A stretch of DNA of 61,961 nt, filler included, from Choristocarpus tenellus KU-1152 (lineage: Eukaryota > Protista > Phaeophyceae), in the NCBI GenBank assembly GCA_964200185.2. It is 11 parts of 11 records of this genome, joined end to end, with 100 filler letters (N's around TTAATTAATTAA, not from the genome) between each part and the next. Parts side by side here need not be neighbours in the genome. Positions count along the whole stretch, not along the records: positions 1 to 6,346 come from CAXNAD020008342.1; positions 6,447 to 9,852 come from CAXNAD020020253.1; positions 9,953 to 15,606 come from CAXNAD020010126.1; 8 more parts are not named here. One strand, written 5' to 3'. The position numbers were made by a program, and so were the translations under genes. The notes under the pieces are model-generated. The model saw only the letters and a program-made list of their open reading frames with translations. It had not been told where the DNA came from and searched no databases. Shown here in pieces: positions 1 to 10,109 of the stretch; position 1 is the stretch's first letter, and each line of letters begins with the position of its first letter.

Positions 1-311
1 TTTTTTGGCCAAAAGGGCCCCCCCCCCCCCAACCCCCCCCCCCCCCCCCCCAAGATACTTTGACCCGAGACCACCAAAATACAAAATAGAAAATACAAAA
101 AAAGCCTACGTATCAATCAAGAACCACCAATACCTTTGCTTCAACTTGCCAACACCAAAACATTCACTCCACGCAAGGCATAAAAAAAAAAACATTATTC
201 TCCGACTCCCTCCTCATTACTTACTCCCTTAACAATCTCCCCCCTCCCCCCCTCCCCCCCCTCCCCACCCCAATTAATGACTGCAAATGCTGTAAGAAAT
301 CCAAACTGCAC

Positions 312-2610
312 CTGGTACCACGGCTCCTCTGCCTTGAGCAGGAGGTGCTCCCTGTCTGTGCCCAGGACCCTCGGGTTTTCACGGTGCTTGAGGCGTGCAT
401 CCCCCACAGAAGGCAAGCTGGCTGCCATAACTACCATCTTGCCCCCCACGTGCCCCATCACCTGACCTGCAGCTGTCAGAGCCGCCCCCAGACAGCTGTC
501 CACGTCTCTCGTAGAGCCATGCATCTAAAATTATTTTTTTTTAATATATACTCTCAATAGTAAAAATATGTACAGCACAAAACTACGTAGAAAGTTAAAA
601 CTCTGAATACAAAAAAAATTTAAATCGCATCAAAAAAAAACTTGACCAAAGAAATAAAAAGATGACTATAAAAATATATATATTTTACTATTGAAAAAGA
701 AAGACCAAAAGAAGACAGACAATTCAAACCTACAAAAAAAAATTAAAAACTGTCGGTGCTGCAAATTTTAATATCACATCGCATCTATACTCACTTTTGT
801 TCATTTTTTTTTAAATAATAAAATAATAAAGAGCGTCCTGTCCTCTCAGTGACCACATCCATACACATCCATACACATGAATACAAATCAATGCATATCC
901 ATACACATGAATACAAATCAATACACATCCATACACATCAATACACATCAATACACATCCATACAATACGTACCTCCGCCAGGTTATCCAAGAGTGTCTC
1001 AACCACACTCCTGCTCTCGCTGAGGTTGACAAGAAGGTCCTCAGGGGATGGAAGGAAGAGCTCCTTGAGGTCAGGCACAACCATCATCTGCGGCTGAGAC
1101 AGGCTCGACTTGATGTTATAGAAATGTACCGTGCTGTCATATGTGCACAACCCAATCTGCGAGCAGACGCACGTGACGCACGGCGTCATCAATCAACGCA
1201 TCGCTTTTACAAATAGGGTCATTCTTATTTTACCAAATATAATTACCATGATATATATATACATACATACATGCATTTAGATGTCACATTTCTCAACATT
1301 TGGCAACATTAACTAACTCAATAACTTGGGAATTTATAAAACAAAAAATATATATATATGTTTCCATTCAGTAAAAAAGATTAAATATTTCAGATACTAT
1401 TAGAGAAACAGATCTTATCACAACAGCCACATGCGTGTGTATGCATGATTGTAAATTTCCTATTATTTTTTCTACCTTGAAATAACCTGCTGTGGGAGAG
1501 ACAATCAGGCAACATGTACCACCACAATATAGACAAAAGAAATGAGAAGGGCTAAGGCTACAGAGCACTGCTACCAAAGCACATAGCTGTGGGGCCATCA
1601 CATTCAGGTGAAAGCTTAGCTACACTGGCACTCATCATGAAAATAGAAATAAAACTGATCTTAATTATCTCTTCATGGTTACTTCTCCCAAAATGGGCAG
1701 GTGTTTCTAATATACACAAACAAATTGAAACAATCCTCATACCATCAACCAACAAAAAGTCCATAGTTATATAAAAAGGTACAATCCATGGTAACATAAA
1801 TGGGTACAATCCCTATAAACATAAACACAAAAGCACTACGAGTGTACAAAAGAGGTCAAGTTATACCCTAACCCTAACCCTAACTATCATTGATAAACAC
1901 AAAACCAACACAAAATATACACATAAACATACACACAAATAAATACATACATACATACATACATACATACATACATACATACATACATACACAAACACAA
2001 ATACATACATACATACATACGTACGTAAACTATACAGCCTGCCTACTAAGGAAACAAGGCTCACCAGGAGGTTACCCAACCCTAACCCTAACCCTAACCC
2101 TAACCCTAACTGACACTGAAGAAGGTAGCATGGGGGGGGGGGGCTATTCTAGGGTTAGGGGCTACACTAGGCTAGGGTTAGGGATAGAAATAGACTTGCC
2201 ATTGTTCGTTCTCCACCAGGCAGGTTGTCCAGGCAGTCCTTGATTGTCTCTGCCGCTGCCTTTATCATTCCACACCCAACAGCTGGAGCAGAGACGTCAA
2301 TCACAAACATGTACACTGGAGGCTGAGGGGGACGGACCATGTACTCTGCAGGGGCCACCTGTGTCGACCAATCACATCATCACATTGGACAACAATTCAT
2401 AATTCCGTACTATCATACATCACCATCATTGTTATTGTTATTGTTATTGTTATTGTTATTGTTATTGTTAATGTTATTATTACTATTAACATTTGCTATT
2501 AATTATATTTTATAGAGTTACAAGGTTAGGAGACGTCTGCAGAGTGAAAAAAAATAATGGGTAGTAGTAGTGAATGGGATTTGGACCTCACGAGGCATTA
2601 GAAACACTGC

Positions 2611-2642
<32 letters not shown>

Positions 2643-4492
2643 CAATAATAACAACAATAATAACAACAATAATAATAATACCAATAACAACAATAATAAT
2701 AATAATAATAATAACTTGAAACTTCCTCTAGTGAGGATCAGATACTTCAAATACCAGATACTTCAAATACCAGATACTTCAAATACCAAATTCAAATACT
2801 TCAAATACCAAATCAGGAAGGCATTTCTTGCAGCTTCACAGCAGAACTAAGCAGCACAGAACAGGTAACACTCGAGTGGAAACTTTGCTGACATTTTAGG
2901 GTACTGACATTTTAGGGTACACATAACCTCACAATAGATTTCGGGAAGACTCTCACGATAAAATATTTTTAAAGATCCCAGATACGTTTGGTGCGCCCTA
3001 AAAAAGGTATCCAAAAAAAGGTCATAAATATACAGCAATGACTGAAAAAGAAAAAAAGAAAATAAACGCTAGCAAACAGTACACTATAGAAAAAAAAGGC
3101 AAAAAATAAAATTAAATTAAAAACTCGGTGCAGCTACACTACAGTCAGTAGCTAAAGAGAAACCCAAAGAGCTTGGAATGATGACACCATCACCTTCCAC
3201 ATACATCATCAGGTATTAACTAATGGATCCATCCCGTCAGGTCAAATATATTGTGTACATCTACACAAACCATTAGCATCAATCAACCTCTCTCTAATTC
3301 TATACTCCTCACCATGCAGTACAATAGAGCCAGTGCAGAAAATACAAGAGTAAAAAAAAACACTTATTATACATGCTGCACAAGTAAAAAAAAACACTTA
3401 TTATACATACTGCACACACGCTCTACATAAGTAAAAAATAATTTATTTTTCAGATCTTCTCAAATTTCGTAACCCCTGAATTCTCCCTACAGTCAGTATA
3501 TTTTAAAAAATCATTATATTTTAAAATACGAGTGACTCTTCCTTCCAATTAAAAATATATATCCCCCTATCCCTAATCTTCCAACACAGTTATAATCACA
3601 TCTTTTTATGTCCAAAGTTATCAATCTTTTGACACAACTCATTCCCTCTATCGTACACAGGTATACATTGCTATTAATAAAAAATACTCTGGAGAACCTC
3701 ATCTTTATTATCTTGTCTAAAGTACTACTATATACTATCTAAAGTACTACTATATACTATCTAAAGTACTACTGTGTACTATCCAAAGTATTACTATATA
3801 CTATCTAAAGTACTACTGTGTACTATCCAAAGTACTACTATATACTATCTAAAGGACTACTATATACTAAAGTACTACTATATACTATCTAAAGTACTAC
3901 TGTATACTATGCAGTGTCATCTTTGACATTAATAATAGTTACATACTGAAAAAATATAATAATAATAATAATAATAGCACCTGTTTTTTCTTATCTTTCA
4001 CACTCCGTCATACACACCGCAAAGGAAGAAAGCATTAAAAGAAAAAAAACACAACACTTCAAAACAAAAATATCCCCTTCCTACATTGTACAAACACCTC
4101 TACACCAAAAAATAAAAAAATAAAATTAAAAAAACAAAATACTTCAAAAAAACAAAAAAATTAAAACCAAAGAGACAAAACATACACACAAAAACACACA
4201 TAAACCAACATATACCAACACATACATAAATATTTTTTCCTTCAATCAACCCATCCATCCATCCATCCACCCATCCCCCTCTCTCCCCTCTCACCAGCTC
4301 AACACTCCCATTACAGAGCTCAGGACGCTGTGCCTTATCTCTCCTCTGTCCATCAGCATCCAGGTGACAGAAGTACGAGGTGGGTACATCATTGGACATA
4401 CCACATACATTACATCTCCACTGCCTTCCATTGTTGAGCCAGCCCACAAAGGGGTTGATGTAGGTACGACACCTCTTACACCGCATTATTCC
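312..4492 (-). CDS. SEC24: COPII coat subunit Sec24 (Sec23/Sec24 zinc finger and trunk domain), partial, 4 internal exons
   Basis: Exons 4492-4295 ([15 protein letters not shown]...WRCNVC...[11 protein letters not shown]), 2358-2200 ([23 protein letters not shown]...GERTM), 1156-974 ([14 protein letters not shown]...[16 protein letters not shown]) and 524-312 ([16 protein letters not shown]...[15 protein letters not shown]...). All are phase 0 with AG acceptors; donors are GT except one GC. Both ends of the gene are missing. Confidence 0.93.
855..965. repeat. 10-bp-unit minisatellite (ATACACATC[C/A]) in a Sec24 intron
   Basis: Direct tandem array of atacacatcc/atacacatga/atacaaatca variants. 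Confidence 0.85.
1866..2183. repeat. Interstitial telomere-like (CCCTAA)n/(TTAGGG)n tracts plus a (TACA)n microsatellite
   Basis: CCCTAA x3 at 1866-1883, x5 at 2080-2109; TAGGGTTAGGG at 2150-2160 and 2173-2183; (TACA)n at about 1945-2020. Confidence 0.85.
2428..2815. repeat. Cluster of (TTGTTA)n, (AAT)n and 16-bp (CAGATACTTCAAATAC)n repeats
   Basis: Directly visible arrays at about 2428-2470, 2611-2714 and 2738-2812. Confidence 0.85.
3716..3910. repeat. 22-bp minisatellite (TCTAAAGTACTACTATATACTA)n, about 9 copies
   Basis: Near-identical tandem units. Confidence 0.9.
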
Positions 4493-4774
4493 CTTTTTTT
4501 ATAATAATAATTATTATTATTATTATTATTATGAACGTTCACAAATCGTGTCAGCAAGCACACCAGCAGTCGGGGGGGGGGGGGGGGGGGTTGAAAAAAA
4601 ATTATTTATTAAAAAAAAATTCANNNNNNNNNNTTTTTTTTTTATAATTTGTAGGAGGACTAAACCGAGATACAAAAGACAAGGGGTGGGGGGGGGGGGG
4701 GGGGGGGGGGTTGTAGAACAATAATTATGTATACATCACAATTTCAGGAGTGTAGAACAATAATTCCGACAGAA

Positions 4775-5220
4775 TACGTGACGTGACGTGACGTGATGTG
4801 AAATGGCGTGACGGGGAGTGACATCGTGTGGTATGACGTGACATGACATTAACATGATGTGGCGTGACATTGCATATGACGTAATGCGATATGACACGAC
4901 ACGACACGACACGACACGACACGACACGACGTGACGTGACGTGGAGTGACACGACATGATATGACACGATATGACACGATGTAACATGACATGATATGAC
5001 ATCCGGGGCGAACAGACACAGAGGATCAAAAGGCAGCTGCAAGATAAGGAACGAAGTGAAGTGTATGTATGTTGTATATATTGTATATATTGTATATATT
5101 GTACATATTGTATATATTGTATATATTGTACATATTGTACATATTGTACATATTGTACATATTGTATATATTGTATATATTGTATATATTGTATATATGT
5201 TGTATATATTGTATATATTA
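4775..5220. repeat. Pentamer (GTGAC/CACGA/ATGAC)n array and 9-bp (ATTGTATAT)n array
   Basis: Pentamers at about 4775-5000, 9-mers at about 5070-5220. These explain the spurious SCRVV and YILYIL ORFs. Confidence 0.9.
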
Positions 5221-6346
5221 TGTATCTACATTAACCTCGGTGAATGCTTCATCACTAGAGATATTGAAATATGTTCACCGAGTGGAGAATAATAATAAAA
5301 AAGAGGTCGTTACATCGGGGTTGAAGGGAGAAGGGGTCAAGGAACGACAGAACAACATCAAAAATAAAATAAAAAGAATAAAAAAACAGGGTCGTCCTTT
5401 GAAAGCAGGCGGCTGGAAAAATAAGAAAAAAAAATCTGAATCAAGAAAAAAGCAAATAAGGTGCGCTGAGGGATACGGCATGAAAAACAATTAAAAATGC
5501 AACACTTCAATAACCTCTAGATGTTCAGTCCAGAGAATGTTTTAGAGAGAGCAGTGTGTTTCTCAACAGCAATGCCTTTCTTTTTTTTTAACCAACGCCT
5601 TTCAAGTCTAGGGGGAAACACTCTTAAACTCCAACCCCAATCCTTCATACCACTGTATGAATAACAGTACAGCCAAAAGATAACTTGTCAGTGCCATTCT
5701 TTACCCTAACCCTAACACTGATTAATTAAGGCTGGTGGGAAACATGACATTCTAGCCCTAACCCCAACACTTAACTGGAACAGGACAATACTACAGCAAA
5801 CAAAAAAATGTGCACCTCTATACAACCCTAACCCTAACCCCCCCCACCCACCCACAAAAAAAAACACTTAAGTCACTGGGCTAACTAAATCCCCAACTTC
5901 AACTAATCAACTCAAAAAGAGATGCCACACTACTAACTGTATGTAATTAAAAAATAAAACTCACCCTCTCAAGATTCACAACCCTTCTAGCACAACAGAA
6001 CTACCAAGGACCGATCCAGGACCAATCCCAGAAACAAGACAAAAAAACACCATGAACTCTATTTACACACTGTATCTAAAAACCCAGTTGCTGCAGTTTG
6101 TTCGACCACCGCCATCAGTCAATAAATGAGAGGAGAGAGGGCAACATTAAAATGAGACTAAAAGCTTTCAATACACAATGGGCGGGTGGGGAGGAGGACA
6201 TGGAAATTGTGATTGGTGAGTTCATCATACCCCCCACACACATTGTTCACACAAATTTGGCTTCCTCACGGTGTCTGTAGGGGGCAGGGGGGGAGAGGAA
6301 GATGGGGGGGAGGGGGGGGGGGGCGGCTACCTGAGCCCCGAAGGTG

Positions 6347-6446
6347 NNNNNNNNNNNNNNNNNNNNNNNNNNNNNNNNNNNNNNNNNNNNTTAATTAATT
6401 AANNNNNNNNNNNNNNNNNNNNNNNNNNNNNNNNNNNNNNNNNNNN
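6347..6446. other. Artificial contig linker N44-TTAATTAATTAA-N44
   Basis: The same 100-bp spacer with six-frame stops occurs at 6347, 9853, 15607, 21075, 24085, 28773, 38184, 45121, 50118 and 59056. There are 10-N scaffold gaps at 4624 and 37311. Confidence 0.97.
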
Positions 6447-6582
6447 ACATCAAGCTGAGACCGTACGTGGTTATCATCTGTGGACCCCCCTCATAGCGTC
6501 GTTTTAAGGTCGTTGGATTTGAGTTGCATATCCTGTGGAGGTGACTTCTGAGGGGCGCCTGTAACAGACCTGCTTCCACTTA

Positions 6583-6705
6583 GACCCAAAGTATCTGGGG
6601 GGGGGGACTACACCAGGGTGTCCATTTGGGTCATAACCAGGAAAGTGCACTTACATTATCCATCCGATGTATGGAACCAAATCACCCAAAAATTGCGATT
6701 CATGG
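6583..6705 (+). mobile_element. MITE family B, 3'-truncated copy
   Basis: GACCCAAAGTATCTGGGG...GTGTCCATTTGGG...AAATCACCCAAAAA matches the full copy at 49921-50097. Confidence 0.8.
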
Positions 6706-8500
6706 ATAAATTCTATGGGCTGCTTGTTCTCACCATCAGAGTGTTGGGGAATACTTCCACCCTATACCATAGCAGTTTACAGTATCAGACACATCATCCT
6801 TCTGCACCAGCATACAGCTCTCTTACCTTTCACCTGTTCAGGGATGGTGGCTTTAAAGGTGCAGGCTTGCACTATTAAATATATTCTGTAGGTGAAAGCG
6901 CTATGTGTCCAGAATTGTTATTTTCCATCACACTCTACATATGTAAATTTGGTAGTTATCTGCTACCTTATGTATCACCTCTTGAATGCCCAACATACAA
7001 GATGCTCAGCAACCCTGTGCAAATATTAGATCAGTAAAAAGCACTGGCTTTTAGACCGTCACAGTCAGTTCTAACCTCTGGAAGCGTCCAGTCAGTGGAA
7101 AAGAATGGTGTTACTGTATTCAAGACCTTAATAGGTGTTTCTAAAAAGTGTATATTATGAGAACCGCTACTGGTTCAAGTTGCTGTACCTTTGAGCTAAA
7201 CTGTATACATGTTAGGGTTTGAGTTTGAGCAAAAGTATTTGAAACGCAAATGTTGGCCTTATCGGTCATGTGAAAAATAGTTTTCACTAAGTAGATATTA
7301 CGCCTTTCCACAAACAACATGAAACCACAATCCAGTCAAGGTCCTCTTTCCGCAGTTGTTCAAACAAGCGTGTTTTGTCCATTTATCGGGGTCCTTAAAA
7401 TGCAACCTTGCCTGCCTCTCAATTACTTTGTTTCTATGTATTCTTCCACATGTCTATCCTTGTAGTTCTGGTACTGATCCCAGGGATTCAACCATTGGCA
7501 GGACTTTCAATCACAGTTCTGGGTTTAGTTGTGGGCAATGGGATGTTGGAAAACGTCCTCTCTGAGCTATGTGAGTGAAATATTTTAAACAGTGTACTTT
7601 TTGATGGTACGATCATGGTTGTTTTGACTTGACGGTGTGATTGCAGTTTGGAATTTCATAGTACGGTTACAATTTTACACATTTTTTGCATGGTTGGTGA
7701 TGGGAACATGACTCTTAAACGGTTGTGCACAGCAAGTAAGGTGGCTCTCAAATGTTCCCAGTCGTTCAACTATTGTGTTAGGAATGGTGAAGGGGGGTTG
7801 GTGATCAAGCATTATTTTGTTGCTGATCTCTCTCCGTGAATCGTATGTAACATGTTTGTATATTTGATGCTTGTATATAATCTATGGTGGGTTACAGCAC
7901 TTTATTACTCTTCTTCAAAGGAAATCATGGATGGTCTATTATAGAAGAAAAAGAGGATACTATAGTGTTATATAAGCCCACTTTATTATACCATGCAGAC
8001 AGTGGGTTTCGAAACGACCTGTGTAGAAGTAAACAAAACAATTGAATCAACCTGGATACTCCAGATGACGCACACTTGATGTGATATACAAGCTCCCAAA
8101 GGGACCTGTCCGTCACAGTTACCTTTTAGAGGAACTTATTCTAGTAGTGAACACCTATTACAATTCATTGAAATGATTGTGAGCATTAGTTGAACATGAA
8201 CGAAATTAATTGATGAAAAATAACAATAGAGGAGCAATTTGAAGAGTTGGATAGTGTACATATGATAGAATAGAGTATATCTGGGGATAGGTATATTGAA
8301 GTGGTGTCAAACATTTTTTTTTCTGGGAAAGAAACTTCACTGAACTAGTTTATATGCTCCTGACACGCATTTCCTCTATATTAGTGTGAAAAGATAAGAG
8401 GGAAGGTAATACATACTCAGAGAGAGTATAGGAGGGAAAAGGCAAGTTTAAGGATCAATGGACTCAGGAAACATCGTGTGTGTGTGTATATATATATATA

Positions 8501-9852
8501 CTACCTCTGCGCCCTAAGTTTGTGTCGTGAATATCTGGGCTCACCGAGCGAGAACGGCAACGAATCAGACGATAGACCCCAAAAAATGAAATCGGGTTGA
8601 CAACCTCAGCTTTCAGAAAATGTGTGGGTCGAGGATCAGCAGGTACAAGCTCGAGGTCCTTCACACCATCAAAGTAGGGGTCTTTTGGGGTGATTTGCGG
8701 CCAGAACTGGTCACGTCAAGGGTCAGAACGCCGGCATGGCAACTCCTCCATTGAACCCCCCCCATCAGAAGGGTGCCGAAGTGTCCCTGAATACCAAGGT
8801 AGCGCTTGCAGGGAGGCACGCCCTCGCAATGGTCCCTGGTGAGCATAAACTGCCGCGATATGTTGGGCCGACCCTCGCAGCAGAGTTTGGAGTGTCTGAG
8901 CGTTACATGCGAGGGCTCTGGGGGGATGTTGCCGATCAACTCACCTGTGGCCACAAGCTTGATCTAGGGGTGGCGGCATGCAGTTGGCGGCCTTCGGAGC
9001 TCACACTGACCAAGATGGCCACAATACATAGTATCAATTCCAATAACCGGTCATCCACAGTGTGTCAGGTGACAGTGAACATGGCCGCTAAGGGACTGAA
9101 TGATAGCATGAGCACCATAAACAGGTGGTTGGATGGTATGGGGGCCATGCCGAATCACCACTGGATCAAACCCAACCTTAAATCGTGGCAAAGGGTATGG
9201 AGAATGGACTTTCTTTGTGATCAAGTGCACCGGAAACGTGGTGTGTACGCCTCCCCATGGTGAACACGATCCATGTGGATGAAACCTGGTTTTACGTGAT
9301 GGTTGATGGGGAAAGGGTTAGGGTATTTCCGCATGAAGATGATAGCGACCTTCCTGGGTCCCCTATTGTGTAGCACAAGAGTCATATCGCCAACACCATG
9401 ATCATTGCAGTCAACACCTGCCCAGATTCGGCTCACAGCTTTGATGGAAAGCTTGTTGTTTGGCATGTGTGTGCGCCAAGAATGGCAGACAGAACAAGCA
9501 AGAACCATAAAATGGGGGATGTGTATGAGCACGACTGCACTTTAGATCATTTACGGTATAGGAAGTGGTGCATGGAGCAGTTACTGCCTGCAATCAAGAC
9601 CAAGATGCTTTGGCTGCAGGAGAAGCATGCTGTCGTTCAGCAAGACGGTGCCACACCCCACACGGGCAAGGGAAACTCAGAAATATTGTCAAGGGCAGGG
9701 AAGACTGAGGGGTGGTCGATTAGGCTTGTGGCGCAGCCATCTAACTCCCCCGACCTCGATATCATGGACCTGTGCTTCTTCAGGTCTTTGAAACGCCGGG
9801 TGATGGGGAGCGGTTTGGGTTCGTCGAGGAGATGGGTCAAAGTATATGGGGG
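8501..9852 (+). mobile_element. Tc1/mariner superfamily, plant-type (DD39D-like) DNA transposon, decayed and cut by the contig end
   Basis: TA followed by TIR CTACCTCTGCGCCCTAAGTTTGTGTCG at 8501. Transposase motifs IHVDETWFY, KSHI, FDGKL, LLPAIKTK, VVQQDGATPH and QPSNSPDLDIMDLCFF. Frameshift near 9255 and in-frame TAG at 9371. Confidence 0.9.
8736..9852 (+). pseudogene. Mariner-like DDD transposase pseudogene
   Basis: ORFs 8736-9263 (HTH region, LAAEFGVSERYMRGLW) and 9398-9852 are linked through a frameshift and a stop. Confidence 0.85.
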
Positions 9853-10109
9853 NNNNNNNNNNNNNNNNNNNNNNNNNNNNNNNNNNNNNNNNNNNNTTAA
9901 TTAATTAANNNNNNNNNNNNNNNNNNNNNNNNNNNNNNNNNNNNNNNNNNNNGAAAAAAGTGAAACTCTTTCCCGTCCTTACTGATTTTTTTTTTTAGTT
10001 GCAGTCCCTTTAAAAACAAAAAAAAACAAAAAAACGAACCTTTGCCTGTGGTCGGTCCTCCTCCCTCAAATCAAAACCCCTGCGGATTCAACCGCACTCA
10101 CTAACGCAG

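Noticed and set aside
2738-2812. 16-bp repeat containing CAGATACTT, like the MITE TIR core
   Set aside because: Only a 9-bp match with no other MITE sequence; probably chance
4725-5494. ORFs with SCRVV, YILYIL and HIVHIV repeats
   Set aside because: Translations of 5-bp and 9-bp satellites
6391-6402. Recurrent TTAATTAATTAA as a biological repeat, or gene clustering across it
   Set aside because: Always centred in exactly 100-bp N-padded spacers, so it is an assembly linker. Cross-contig adjacency is meaningless.
9371-9373. Alternative genetic code (TAG read as Gln)
   Set aside because: Host exons contain no internal TAG and CSN2 ends at TAG where expected
8736-9852. Fanzor/TnpB cargo associated with the mariner
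   Set aside because: No RuvC or zinc-ribbon motifs recognised. In copy 2 only about 270 bp separate the transposase end from the 3' TIR.
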